Assembly: GCA_963807165.1 (NCBI GenBank)
Contig: CAWDZM010000001.1
Coordinates: 353,521-417,520 of the forward strand
Length of the DNA stretch: 64,000 bases
DNA from: an uncultured bacterium
GTDB lineage: Bacteria; Patescibacteriota; Minisyncoccia; UBA6257; 2-01-FULL-56-20
Reading direction: 5' to 3'
The notes under the pieces are model-generated. The model was not told where the DNA came from, ran no database searches, and saw only the letters and a program-made list of their open reading frames with translations. This document shows positions 19,028 through 29,360 of the stretch, piece by piece. The translations under genes were made by a program, and so were the position numbers. The stretch's first letter is position 1. The number at the start of each line of letters is the position of its first letter.

Positions 19028-19447
19028 ATGTTTCGTCTTGCAATTTTCAGTGATGACGTACTGTCCGACAACGCCGAGACCAGAAAGGCGCTCGATTTTC
19101 TCAAGCAATGCGAAGTCCTAAACGTCGCCGTGCGTACCGCGGAAATGCCGACGGAGAACACTCGCAAGCTGGGGCTCAGTGGGCTCATCAAAGGGACGTG
19201 GTTTTGCCCCAACAATGAGGGAGACACAATCCGCGACATTCTCGCCTATCACCATGTCGCCCCGCACGACGCGTTGTACGTGGGCAGCACCCCGCCAGCG
19301 ATCGGCCACGCGAATAAGACGGGAGTCGCGACGTTCTGCCTCGGAGAAAATCATGTGCCGGGATACCTCCACCAGGTCAAGCCCCGCTACAAGATCACCT
19401 CGCTGTCGGAGGTCTTCGCCGTAGTCCGCGCCCAGCTCGAGTCCTGA
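19028..19447 (+). CDS. Degenerate HAD-fold small protein
   Basis: LAIFSDDVL, ALYVGS, A..TGV and P.YKITSLSEV match the HAD layout, but canonical catalytic Asp residues are altered. Confidence 0.55.
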   Translation: MFRLAIFSDDVLSDNAETRKALDFLKQCEVLNVAVRTAEMPTENTRKLGLSGLIKGTWFCPNNEGDTIRDILAYHHVAPHDALYVGSTPPAIGHANKTGVATFCLGENHVPGYLHQVKPRYKITSLSEVFAVVRAQLES

Positions 19448-19480
19448 CGCCGTTGCATCTCGGCTATCATTTGTTACCCC

Positions 19481-19515
19481 GCCGCGCTCAGAGTTTCTGA
19501 GCGCGGCATTTTTTT
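19481..19515 (+). terminator. Intrinsic terminator
   Basis: GCCGCGCTCAGA/TCTGAGCGCGGC followed by a T-tract. Confidence 0.75.
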
Positions 19516-19529
19516 GCTATAGTGTAGCT

Positions 19530-20000
19530 ATGCCGCATATCCATGAAAAAATCGACTTTGTCGCTGATGTCTATATCGTGAACAACGGCCGCGTTCTGCT
19601 CCGGAAGCACGATAAATATAAATTCTGGCTCCCCGTTGGCGGCCATATCGAATTGAATGAGGATCCGAACGAGGCTGCGGTGCGTGAAGCAAAAGAAGAA
19701 GTCGGACTGGATATCAAGCTTGTTGCAACAAGCCCAGTTCATAGTATCCAAGATTACATTGAAGATTATAAGGAGATCATCCCGCCGCGATTTTTAAATC
19801 GCCATAGGGTCAATGAACATCACGAGCATATTGCTCTGTCCTACTTCGCCACCAGCGAAAGCGATGAAATACATCAAGGGAAAACGGAGGTCAGCGACGA
19901 TATCCGTTGGCTCACAGCGCAGGAACTTGATGACCCATCGCTCGGTATAAGCGACCGGGTTAAATATTACGCGCGCGCAGCGCTTGAAACACTTTCATGA
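19530..20000 (+). CDS. NUDIX hydrolase
   Basis: Nudix box GGHIELNEDPNEAAVREAKEEVGL. Confidence 0.9.
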   Translation: MPHIHEKIDFVADVYIVNNGRVLLRKHDKYKFWLPVGGHIELNEDPNEAAVREAKEEVGLDIKLVATSPVHSIQDYIEDYKEIIPPRFLNRHRVNEHHEHIALSYFATSESDEIHQGKTEVSDDIRWLTAQELDDPSLGISDRVKYYARAALETLS

Positions 20001-20593
20001 AACTCATCATCGGCATCATCGGCGCCCCGCTCGCCGGAAAGGAAACGTGCGCGAACCTGCTTGAAAAACTGCTCGTGGAGGACGGCTATTCGGTGAGCCG
20101 CCATACGTTCTCAGAGATCCTCAAAGCGACGCTCGACCTGTGGGACATCCCGCACGGGCGCGACAACGAACAGAAGATGGCGATCATCATGAACGCAGAG
20201 ACGGGCTTTGGCGACGGTGCGCTATCGCGGGCGATGCGGCGGCAGTTGATGGAAGACACGGCCGATGTGACGATCCTGGATGGCGTTCGCTGGCTCGGCG
20301 ACGAGCGCATGATCCGCAGCTTGAACGATGACGGAATAAAAACCGTGATGGTTTATATTTTCGCCGATCCGAAGATACGCTACGCCCGCTTACTCGCGCG
20401 CAACCGCGCGGGCGAAGCCGCGACTACGTGGGAAGATTTCTCGCGACAGGAAAAAGTACGCACCGAAATAGACATCCCCGATATCGGTTCACGCGCAGAG
20501 ATCACGCTCGAGAACAACTACGACAACGTGGAGCATTTCAAGCGAGACATCAATCGCGTGTACGAGAGTTTATTCGACGAGAAAGGGCGATAG
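19997..20593 (+). CDS. P-loop nucleotide kinase (dephospho-CoA/dNMP kinase-like)
   Basis: IIGIIGAPLAGKET, ILDGVR, RYARL. Confidence 0.75.
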   Translation: MKLIIGIIGAPLAGKETCANLLEKLLVEDGYSVSRHTFSEILKATLDLWDIPHGRDNEQKMAIIMNAETGFGDGALSRAMRRQLMEDTADVTILDGVRWLGDERMIRSLNDDGIKTVMVYIFADPKIRYARLLARNRAGEAATTWEDFSRQEKVRTEIDIPDIGSRAEITLENNYDNVEHFKRDINRVYESLFDEKGR

Positions 20594-22045
20594 CACAGAA
20601 TATTTTATCCTCGGAAAAAGAATATCCGGCTTCTTGGTCTTCAACACGCCATCTTCGTGCACGATCGCCGCGCGAATTTTGCGGGAGGTCTCTGGTAAAA
20701 ATGGCACGAGTTCGGTCGCGACAGCATCAAGCAATGATACGAGATTAAACAACGCCGCCGCGCGCTGCGCGTCATCTTTTATCTCCCACACTTTCCGTTC
20801 GTTCACATAACGGTCGCCGAATGAAAGTGCAGCCCAGATCGCGGCGAGCGCATCGGAGAATTTATACTCCTTTAGCTTTGCGTACACCACGCGTTTCATC
20901 GTCTCGATCGTAATATCAAAATCGCCGTCGAGGATAGCGTCGGATGTAGACAGTGTCTCCTTTTCCGCAAGCGTCAGCACCCGCGCGGCAAAATTGCCAA
21001 GCCCATTCGCCAGATCGGCATTGTATCGCTCCTTCATCTTCTCTTCGGAAAAATCGCCGTCATCGCCGAAGGAAATTTCGCGGAGCAGGAAGTAGCGCAC
21101 TGCATCCACGCCATAGCGGGCGGCGAGATCGAGCGGATCCACGCCATTGCCAAGAGACTTGGACATCTTCGTGCCGTTGACGGTAAGGAAACCAGTCGAG
21201 ATAATCTGCCATGGCAGGGGCAACCCAGCGGACATGAGCATCGCCGGCCAGATCACCGCATGAAACCGCACGATATCCTTCGCCATCACATGCACATCCG
21301 CCGGATGCTCTTCCCATCCCTCAACCCCAACGAGAGAAATATAATTGACGAGCGCGTCGGCCCACACATAGATGACCTGATTCGGATCGTTCGGCACCGG
21401 AATCCCCCACTCCTTTTTTTCTCGCGAGAAACTGATGTCTTCCAGCCCGTTCTCTACGAACGCTCGCACTTCGTTGAAGCGATGCGCGGGCGCAACAAAT
21501 TCGCCGTGCGCTTCATAAAATTCCAAAAGTTTTTCCTGATAGTTTGAAAGCCGGAAGAAATAATTTTCTTCCGTGACGAGCTCCGGCGCGACTTTGTGTT
21601 CCGGGCATAGCCCGTCGGGCGTCAGCTCATCCTCCTTCATAAATGCCTCATGCCCTTTGCAATACAAACCTTGGTACTGCCCTTTATAAATATCGCCAGC
21701 GGCCTCCATGCGGCCCCAGATATCGCGCACCACCTCGATGTGCCGCTCTTCCGTCGTGCGGATAAAATCTGTGTTCGAGATGCCGAGCGTTGCCCATGTC
21801 GATTCCCATATCTCCGCAAGGCGATCAACATATTCATGAACGTCTTCCTCATTCTTTTTTGCCGCATCCACCGTTTTTTGCGAGTTCTCATCCACGCCGG
21901 TGGAGAACACCACGTGCTCACCGCGCGCCTCGCGCCACCGCGCGAGCGTGTCGGCGACGATTGTTGAATACGCGTGGCCGATGTGCGGCTTGTCGTTCAC
22001 GTAATAGATGGGGGTGGTGATAAAAAATTCGTCGCGGGAATCCAT
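20570..22045 (-). CDS. metG: Methionine--tRNA ligase (short form)
   Basis: ITTPIYYVNDKPHIGHAY, YVWADAL, KDIVRFH, KMSKSLGN. Confidence 0.95.
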   Translation of the reverse strand: MDSRDEFFITTPIYYVNDKPHIGHAYSTIVADTLARWREARGEHVVFSTGVDENSQKTVDAAKKNEEDVHEYVDRLAEIWESTWATLGISNTDFIRTTEERHIEVVRDIWGRMEAAGDIYKGQYQGLYCKGHEAFMKEDELTPDGLCPEHKVAPELVTEENYFFRLSNYQEKLLEFYEAHGEFVAPAHRFNEVRAFVENGLEDISFSREKKEWGIPVPNDPNQVIYVWADALVNYISLVGVEGWEEHPADVHVMAKDIVRFHAVIWPAMLMSAGLPLPWQIISTGFLTVNGTKMSKSLGNGVDPLDLAARYGVDAVRYFLLREISFGDDGDFSEEKMKERYNADLANGLGNFAARVLTLAEKETLSTSDAILDGDFDITIETMKRVVYAKLKEYKFSDALAAIWAALSFGDRYVNERKVWEIKDDAQRAAALFNLVSLLDAVATELVPFLPETSRKIRAAIVHEDGVLKTKKPDILFPRIKYSVLSPFLVE

Positions 22046-22058
22046 AAAAGTAAGCCTA

Positions 22059-23369
22059 CTATTTTTTAGCGCCTTTACGCAACCGCGCAGTAGCCTTCGC
22101 CGCGCGATCAATCGTTAAAATTTTCTTAAACGCCGGCGGCTTTTTATACGGACCAACGATGGCAAGGTTCAGTCTTTTATCATTGAATATCGCCTTCGCC
22201 ACGCGCTGAACATCTTGCGCGGTCACTTTTTTGATCCGCGCGGCGAGTACCGCCGGCGGCGTCATCGCGCCGGTTAGAATTTCCTGACTGCCGTGAAAAC
22301 TGGCAAGATCATCGGATGTCTCAAGCCCAAGCACCAAGCCGCCGATCATATGATCCTTCGTTTTTTGCAATTCTTTTTCCGAAACCAATTCATCCCGGAG
22401 CATCGCGCACTCTTCGATGATCGCGCGGATGACCTCCTCGCTCTTCGAGCGATCAACGCCAGCGGAAATAGCGAGTAGGCCGTGATCGAGCGACAGGTCC
22501 GTGCCGGCGCCGATATAATATGCCGCGCCCATCTTCTCGCGGATGCGCGTAAAGAGGCGCGAGCTCATTCCCCCGCCAAGCAGGTCGGCCAACACACGCA
22601 ACGCGTAGCGCCGCTCATCGAACATGTCGAACGCGCGGAAGCCAAGCACCAAATGCGCCTGATCCGATTCCTTAAAGTGCAGGGCAACCTTCGGCGACGA
22701 TTGCTTCTCTATCGTCTTGATCTTTGTAGGCGCCTTACGTCGCGGCAGAGCGCTAAAATCTTTTTTGATCTGCGCGATCACCATCTTCTCGTTAAACTTT
22801 CCCGCAACGACGACGACCGTTCCTGGCATCACATATCGACGCGCGCGGTATTCCACGAAGTCGGCGCGCGCAAGCGCGTTGATGATCGGTTTCTCACCGC
22901 CGACGTCCCAGCCCGCAGGCTGATCACCATACACCAGCCGCGCAAAGTCGCGCTGGGCGCGCGCCGGAAGATCATCCTCGTACATATTAAGTTCCTGAAT
23001 AATCACGCCACGTTCTTTCTGAATCTCCGCATCATCAAAGAGCGGGTTGCGATAGAGATCGGAAACAATATCCAAAATCTTCGGCAATTTTTCTGCTTGC
23101 GCCTTTGCGTAATAGCCGGTGTATTCCCCGCCGGTGAACGCATTGAACTGCGCGCCAAGCGCGGTCAGCTCATGCGCGATCATTCCCGGCTCAGGACGAT
23201 CGGTCGTCCCCTTAAACATCATGTGCTCCAAAAAATGGGAGACGCCGTTCTGACGCTTCGTCTCATACTCTGATCCCGCCTGCACCAAAATAAGCACTGT
23301 CGCGGCAAGATTGGTGGGTTGAGGCACCAACACGATGCGCAATCCATTTTTTAACGTAATTTTTTTCAT
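22059..23369 (-). CDS. M16 family zinc peptidase
   Basis: HFLEHMMFKGT (HxxEH), NAFT, LGGGMSSRLF. Confidence 0.92.
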   Translation of the reverse strand: MKKITLKNGLRIVLVPQPTNLAATVLILVQAGSEYETKRQNGVSHFLEHMMFKGTTDRPEPGMIAHELTALGAQFNAFTGGEYTGYYAKAQAEKLPKILDIVSDLYRNPLFDDAEIQKERGVIIQELNMYEDDLPARAQRDFARLVYGDQPAGWDVGGEKPIINALARADFVEYRARRYVMPGTVVVVAGKFNEKMVIAQIKKDFSALPRRKAPTKIKTIEKQSSPKVALHFKESDQAHLVLGFRAFDMFDERRYALRVLADLLGGGMSSRLFTRIREKMGAAYYIGAGTDLSLDHGLLAISAGVDRSKSEEVIRAIIEECAMLRDELVSEKELQKTKDHMIGGLVLGLETSDDLASFHGSQEILTGAMTPPAVLAARIKKVTAQDVQRVAKAIFNDKRLNLAIVGPYKKPPAFKKILTIDRAAKATARLRKGAKK

Positions 23370-23388
23370 AAAATGATTAGTGAAATTA

Positions 23389-24879
23389 TTAACTGCTCGT
23401 TCCGTTGGTGATCGTCGAAATGTCCGCCGCAAAGCTCTGTGCCCGTTCCACCACCGCTTCGCCATACGTCCATAGATAATTCTGCCACCGGCTGCCCGCA
23501 TAATATTTCGCCGCGGTGCAGCGCTCTTGACTCAGCACCGCGCTATACACCGCCTGACATCCCACCATACCATCCTTCAAGTACAATGCCGTCGCCATGA
23601 ACGCATCAGCGTCGCTCCACGGCGACGGCGGATTATCACCCGTCGCCTTCGCAACCGCAGAGGAATATAAATCCCATGTTGATGGCTCGAACTGCGCCGG
23701 CCCCATCGCGCCGCCGTACACGCCATCCGCGTTTGGACAGGACACCATCATCTCGTTCGGATCTAAGTTGAGCGATGTCGTGATCGCAAGGAAGAGCGGC
23801 TGGTTCGCCGGACTCATCGCCGTTTTGTAATTGCACTGACCAACATTCTGACCGAGCGCAGATTCGCGATCGAGGATCGCAAGGATGAATGACGGATCGA
23901 TGCCGGTTGCGTTCGACGCCACTTGCGCGAATTGATACGCATCCTCGAATGAGAGCTGGCCGCCGCCAAGCAATTGGAAGATGCGATTACGGATCTGCGC
24001 CGCCGACGCCTGGGTCTGCACGAGCAACGTCTGATACTTTGATTCTTGCCCCTGCGTTTCCACAAGCAGCTGAGTCTTCGAACTCTTCGTACTCGCCACC
24101 GCCTGCGCCTGCGCCGCCTGATATGCCGCCGCGCTCGCTGCATCGGACTCAGACGCCTGGAACTCAGCCTCTTGGTTTTGTAACTGAGACTGAAGCGTGG
24201 TGATCTGCTGAACCGTCAATCGCAAATTATCTTGCAAGAGCGAGATCGCCTGCGTCTCATCCCAAAAATCCGAAAGGCGCGGATTCTGGAGGAATGTTTG
24301 TATCAGACTGATCTGATCATCCTGATAGAGATTTTCCATCAGCGCACCCATCGCCGTTTTTTTATTGACGATGTCCGCCTGGGTCGCCGTGATCTGCGAT
24401 TGTGTCTGGCCGATCTCGGTGTTCAATTGTTGAATGGTGAGGTTTGTCGCCCGGATCTGGAGATTGAGCGACGCGATCTTGTCGTTCAAAATACCAATCT
24501 GCCCGTTCAACGTCTTGCCCTGTGTCTCATAGCTGGAGATCTGACCCTGGTATTGATTGATCTGTGTTTCCAGTTGCGCGAGCTGGGATTCGAGCTGGGT
24601 GCGCTCGGTGGAGGGGTCGGTGCTCGTGGCCGTCACACTCGTTGAATCGCCGGAAGCTTTTGTCAAAAATGTCGGCGCGACGGCCGATCCAAACACCAAA
24701 AAAATCGCCGCGCTGGCGATGATGCCAATACGCAAGGACTTCGTGAGTGGAATGCGAATGATCCGCTCCTCCACTAAATTAACACGCGCGGCCAGCGGAC
24801 CGAACGAGCTCCAATTCTGATTATTCGATTTTTTAACAGAAACATCACCGAGTACCCTCGGTTTCAAAGGTCGTTTCAT
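23389..24879 (-). CDS. Coiled-coil protein with a C-terminal lytic transglycosylase (SLT_2/MltB-like) domain
   Basis: TM helix, long Gln-rich coiled coil, AILDRESALG, GGAMGPAQFEPSTW, DAFMATALYL. Confidence 0.85.
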   Translation of the reverse strand: MKRPLKPRVLGDVSVKKSNNQNWSSFGPLAARVNLVEERIIRIPLTKSLRIGIIASAAIFLVFGSAVAPTFLTKASGDSTSVTATSTDPSTERTQLESQLAQLETQINQYQGQISSYETQGKTLNGQIGILNDKIASLNLQIRATNLTIQQLNTEIGQTQSQITATQADIVNKKTAMGALMENLYQDDQISLIQTFLQNPRLSDFWDETQAISLLQDNLRLTVQQITTLQSQLQNQEAEFQASESDAASAAAYQAAQAQAVASTKSSKTQLLVETQGQESKYQTLLVQTQASAAQIRNRIFQLLGGGQLSFEDAYQFAQVASNATGIDPSFILAILDRESALGQNVGQCNYKTAMSPANQPLFLAITTSLNLDPNEMMVSCPNADGVYGGAMGPAQFEPSTWDLYSSAVAKATGDNPPSPWSDADAFMATALYLKDGMVGCQAVYSAVLSQERCTAAKYYAGSRWQNYLWTYGEAVVERAQSFAADISTITNGTSS

Positions 24880-24926
24880 TGCTCTTCTATTATAACGCAA
24901 AAAGAAAAGCGGAGTTACCCCTCGTT

Positions 24927-25274
24927 TTATAAACTCCCTAAGTGAGTATTCTTAAAAGAATCTGGATACTTGAGTCCATAACCAAATAGTCGATCCATAC
25001 TTGAATGTCCCATTAAAATAGTACCTGCAAGCTGGGTGATGGAAGAATGCAAAAAATATCCCATGATATATATCATCACGCCAACCATTAATATATGGAT
25101 AACATTATAGCCAATAGCACCAAGGCGAGTGTTAAAAAAATATCCCACCATGCTCACATCGGGCACCAAAAGCAACACGGGATACCACCACCATGCATAC
25201 GACAACATGGAAAATAAAAATATCGAAAGAATAAAAATGGATAGGTATTCCAACCTCAAAAGCATCTTCATCAT
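24927..25274 (-). CDS. DUF4260-family membrane protein
   Basis: LLRLE, PDVSMVGY, YNVIH, HSSMDRLFGYGLKY..FKNTHLG. Confidence 0.85.
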   Translation of the reverse strand: MMKMLLRLEYLSIFILSIFLFSMLSYAWWWYPVLLLVPDVSMVGYFFNTRLGAIGYNVIHILMVGVMIYIMGYFLHSSITQLAGTILMGHSSMDRLFGYGLKYPDSFKNTHLGSL

Positions 25275-25359
25275 ATAATTATATCAGACTGAATTGCGTG
25301 CACCCGACTGGACGATTTTCGAACAGAATAAAAAATATTCCGCATGCGCGGAGTATTTT

Positions 25360-26013
25360 TTATTCTTCCTTTGCGGCTTTGCTTGCGTCGCGTTCGGCTT
25401 TCTTCTCTTCGCCTTCGGTCTTGATGGCGGAGACGTCAACGGTCTCGACCGGTGCGACCACTTCTTCCGGAGCGGGCGGGGTCGCGGTTGCGACGGCGGT
25501 CTCGAGGTCGACGAGGAAGGTCACTCCCTTCGGACGCTTAAGATCCTTCACATAAATGGTCTTGTCTAATTCGTCGAGCACGGAAAGATCCACAACGAGG
25601 CTATGCGGAAGATCCTGCGGGAACGCCTCCACTTCAATCTCGGACATAGCGCGGTTGATGACGGCGGAAGCGGTCTTTATTGCCGGAGCCTCGCCAACGA
25701 ATTCCAACGGTACATGCGCCTTGACGAGCTCGTCCATGCGCACCTGATGCAGGTCAACGTGGATAACCTCACTCGAGACCGCATCACGCGCGACCTCGTG
25801 GATCATCGCGGACTTCTTTTCCTTGCCGATGATCAACGTGACGACGGATGTGGAGCCTGCTTCCTTCAATACCTTGCCGAATTCCTTTGCCGGCAACGCA
25901 AGGTGAATGTTTTCGAAGCCATGGCCGTAGAGCTCAGCAGGAACAAAGCCCTCCCTGCGGAGCGCCTTCACCTTTTTGCCCAATACGTCGCGTGTTTTGA
26001 CTGCTAAATCCAT
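25360..26013 (-). CDS. rplY: 50S ribosomal protein L25 (long form)
   Basis: LRREGFVPAELYG, HVDL, VPLEFVGEAPA, IYVKDL. Confidence 0.93.
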   Translation of the reverse strand: MDLAVKTRDVLGKKVKALRREGFVPAELYGHGFENIHLALPAKEFGKVLKEAGSTSVVTLIIGKEKKSAMIHEVARDAVSSEVIHVDLHQVRMDELVKAHVPLEFVGEAPAIKTASAVINRAMSEIEVEAFPQDLPHSLVVDLSVLDELDKTIYVKDLKRPKGVTFLVDLETAVATATPPAPEEVVAPVETVDVSAIKTEGEEKKAERDASKAAKEE

Positions 26014-26069
26014 AGGGGAAAGTATAGCAAAGATTGTAAAAAAGGCAAATAGAGGGATAGAATGGAGAT

Positions 26070-26945
26070 ATGTTTAAAAACCGTTTTGGCGAGCGAGGAG
26101 GCCCCAGCCCGGAAGACGCCGAGTTTGCCGAGCTTTTGGACCATGCATATGAAAAGGCAGAAGCATTGCTGAATATTAAGGCGGTAGACATGAACGCGTT
26201 CAAAGAAATATATGGCGAGGAGAAGATCCGGATCGACGAAGCAAAGGTTGTTGATTACGAAAAAAAGTTTGCGGCGGCGGATACGACCGAACAAAAACGG
26301 CGCGATAAAAGGCTTGCCACCGTTATGGAAGCGATGTTCTTTGATGGGGCAAGCAACTATGGCTGGCTAGGAGAAGGAGCGCAAGTATTGCCCTCAAGCA
26401 AATTCGATGACTACGTGAACGGCGCGGATTGCATCACGGAGTATAAGCGAGGAAATATGGCAGCGTATTTAGCGATGGCGATCGACGCGACATGGAGCTC
26501 AAACCCCTATAAAAAATTTGATAGGATTGGGGAGGATCTTTCGCGCGGCAAGTTGGGGAAAATAGAATATCTCGAAGTGGACGGTAAACCGCAACGCGGA
26601 AGGGAGGTTCCCCGCGTTGTTATAGGTGCTTCAGAAGGAACGCTCCGCGAGGTCATCAAGCTTTGGGTTGACGATGATGAAGAGGCTCTCAGAGACCACC
26701 CCATACAAATCCTCTTCCTCGAAGAAATCGTCAAAGAGCTTGAAGAATGCCGTACATTTTCCCAAAAAAGAAAACGAGAAAAGAATGTGGCGGTCTTCGA
26801 CGAATATCTCCCAATCCTAAAACCTATCCTGGAAGAGAAAAAACAAACGATCCACACAACGGAAACGTTCGAGAATGATACCGTGTGGAATGGGATCAAA
26901 GCGAGCCTCTTTGCATTGAATTATGAACGTCCAATGGCGGCGTAG
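26070..26945 (+). CDS. Hypothetical protein (possible PD-(D/E)XK-like core)
   Basis: Long ORF with GGAGA RBS; SKFDDYVNGADCITE..AIDAT..PRVVIG pattern. Confidence 0.6.
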   Translation: MFKNRFGERGGPSPEDAEFAELLDHAYEKAEALLNIKAVDMNAFKEIYGEEKIRIDEAKVVDYEKKFAAADTTEQKRRDKRLATVMEAMFFDGASNYGWLGEGAQVLPSSKFDDYVNGADCITEYKRGNMAAYLAMAIDATWSSNPYKKFDRIGEDLSRGKLGKIEYLEVDGKPQRGREVPRVVIGASEGTLREVIKLWVDDDEEALRDHPIQILFLEEIVKELEECRTFSQKRKREKNVAVFDEYLPILKPILEEKKQTIHTTETFENDTVWNGIKASLFALNYERPMAA

Positions 26946-27010
26946 CCAACCGACACAAAACGTAAAATAAAAAGGGCCGCCTGGATACAGCGGCCCATTC
27001 TCTCGATTTT

Positions 27011-27367
27011 TTAGTTGAACGTGATGAGTTCCCTCGTCTCTAACGCCATTTCATAAATGCGGTGAATATCGCGCCAGAAAAACTTTGCAAAAAAATCCCC
27101 TTGCTGATCTTTCGGATCAGGCCTGATCCGACCAGTGGCCGTATTCAGGATTGTCACATCGTCGAGTACGGATCGCACATCGAAATTCTTTGGAAGGAAT
27201 TTCCTCAGCTGTGGATCGGTTGTTATACGGCAGACCAATTCTTTCCAAGCTGAATGATTACTGGGAGGAAAATCCAAGACCGGATAGCATCGCTGAATAT
27301 ACTGCAACAACCCAACCAGAACCTCTCTCGGCGCAAACGTTCTCTGCTCTTCACATATCCCGATCAT
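27011..27367 (-). CDS. Hypothetical protein
   Basis: ORF with GGGAAGGGG RBS; a hairpin at 26973-26997 lies between it and the convergent gene. Confidence 0.5.
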   Translation of the reverse strand: MIGICEEQRTFAPREVLVGLLQYIQRCYPVLDFPPSNHSAWKELVCRITTDPQLRKFLPKNFDVRSVLDDVTILNTATGRIRPDPKDQQGDFFAKFFWRDIHRIYEMALETRELITFN

Positions 27368-27439
27368 CGATTATTCCCCTTCCCCTGCGGTATTTTACTG
27401 CTCCGCATACTATACAATATAGAGCGTTTTTTGCAAAGC

Positions 27440-28326
27440 CTACGCGATCCCGTTGAATAGCTTCAACCGATCCGCCACGATCTTCTGAATATTGACCACT
27501 GACGGTGCGGTGAGCTTATACGGGGCAATCTCATTCGGATCCTTCAACCCTTCTTCCACACCACGGCGCCACGCAAGGCGCAGTTCGCTCGAAATGTGGA
27601 TGATCGTCATCCCCGCCTTCGCGGCGGCGCCAAGATCCGCATCGCCGGTGCCGGAACCGCCGTGCAATGTCATATATTTTGCATTCGTGCCGGCGATCGC
27701 AGCCTTGATCGCCGCGACACGCGCGATGTCGAGATGTTTATGCTCCGCATCCGCGCCGCCCGTCGTCATGGATTGCAAAAGTCCGTGCATGTTGCCCACC
27801 GCCGGCGCGAGCACATCAATTCCCGTCTCTTTACAAATCGCAAAGCCTCTTCCGGCGTTGACATCGTGAGCGATGCCTCCGGGCGCGTAGCGATGATCTC
27901 CGACGATGATCCAATGTAGCCGATCTCGCCCTCTATAATAATGCTCGGGTTGATGGCACGGATCGCCGCGACCGCCGCCTTTGTGTTCGCAATATTCTCT
28001 TCCATTGGCAATTGGGAATTATCAAAAATGATCTCGTCGAAACCGGCCTCGGCAGCCTCCTTTGCCTTATCGAGCGAATGCGTATGATCCGCGTTCAAAA
28101 AAATTGGGTAATCATACTGCTCACGCAAGCTTTTGATGAGCGCCGCCGCCTGACGCACGCCGATAAATTCGCGCTCTCCTTCCGATACGCCGATCAGCAC
28201 CGGCAATGCGAGCTCACGTGCGGCGGCGAAGATCCCTTTCAATGCCGCGAGGTCAGAAATATTGAAATGTCCGACTGCAACGTGGCGGGCTTCGGCATCG
28301 GCGAGAACTTCACGGAGCATTTTCAT
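27440..28326 (-). CDS. fba: Class II fructose-bisphosphate aldolase (one-base frameshift near 27831)
   Basis: AVGHFN, LNADH, EGEIGYIG in one frame; APAVGNMHG, LHGGSG in the next. One extra A in GTAAAGAG restores FVKETGIDVLAP. Confidence 0.88.
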
Positions 28327-28357
28327 GATAGGAAATTTTACTTGGGTATTTATTTTT

Positions 28358-29356
28358 CTATAACGCTTTCGGCATATAATTCTTCGGCGCTTTCTTTAAT
28401 AACGCCATAAGCGCCGGCTTGGTGAGCAATCCGGTCTGCGCGCCAAAGGATTGCACGACGTGCATGGATTCGATCGGCGCCCATCGCAACGCATCGTGCA
28501 CCGACAGCCCATAGACCAAGCCACAGAAAAATCCCGTAGAGAACGCATCGCCTGCGCCGGTGCGCGAGACCGGCGGCTTTGGATCCGGATACGGCGGCAT
28601 AAAATATTGGTTCATCCCATCCGACGCGTACGCACCCTTCGGACCATCTGTGATCACCACGATCTTTGGGCCAAGCTTATGCAGCCCCTTAAAAAGAAAA
28701 TCAATGTTTTCATTTTTTGTATGAAGGATGAACGCGGCCTCCTCGCGATTCACAAAGAGCACGTAGGTATGTTTATAAATTTCGCGCAGCTTTTCCGCGC
28801 CAAAGCGGAGCTGGAATGTGCCCGGATTAAATCCCATCTTCACCTCCGGGTGCCGCTTAAGATAGTCTGCAACTTTTTTATGGAACGGCAGGGTGTGCTC
28901 GGCGATGGAAGAAAAATAAATCCAATCGGTATTCGAATCAAGCGCGCGCGGATCGAAATATTCGTATTCCTGATGTTTAATAAGGATTGTTCGCTCCGCC
29001 TTATAGCTCAGCACAAAATGATAGTTCGTCGGCTTATTCTTATTGATCTTGACGTACTCCGTGCTGACCCCTTCTTTATGATAGCGATCCAAGATTTCCG
29101 TGCCGTAATGATCGCCGCCGATCGCCGTAATGATTGCCGTATTCAAACCGAGCCGGCGCGCGCCGACCGCAACGTTCGATGCATTCCCTACTGCGGGCGC
29201 CACCGTGAGCGATTCGTAGGGGATCTTATCCGCGAACGCCATCGAAAGCCGGGGGTGCTCATGTGCGGCATCCCACTCCACGCGGGCTTCCTTAAGGCCG
29301 ATGAACGCGTCCATCACCACATCGCCGATGCATACCACGTCGTATTTTTCCTTCAT
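28358..29356 (-). CDS. PfkB-family carbohydrate kinase
   Basis: GNASNVAVG, FNPG, VNREEA, RTGAGDAF. Confidence 0.9.
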   Translation of the reverse strand: MKEKYDVVCIGDVVMDAFIGLKEARVEWDAAHEHPRLSMAFADKIPYESLTVAPAVGNASNVAVGARRLGLNTAIITAIGGDHYGTEILDRYHKEGVSTEYVKINKNKPTNYHFVLSYKAERTILIKHQEYEYFDPRALDSNTDWIYFSSIAEHTLPFHKKVADYLKRHPEVKMGFNPGTFQLRFGAEKLREIYKHTYVLFVNREEAAFILHTKNENIDFLFKGLHKLGPKIVVITDGPKGAYASDGMNQYFMPPYPDPKPPVSRTGAGDAFSTGFFCGLVYGLSVHDALRWAPIESMHVVQSFGAQTGLLTKPALMALLKKAPKNYMPKAL

Positions 29357-29360
29357 ATGC

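Noticed and set aside
27825-27835. fba split as a pseudogene or programmed frameshift
   Set aside because: One missing A in a short A-run restores an intact core enzyme; there is no slippery heptamer and similar indels occur elsewhere, so a sequencing error is most likely (needs a read check)
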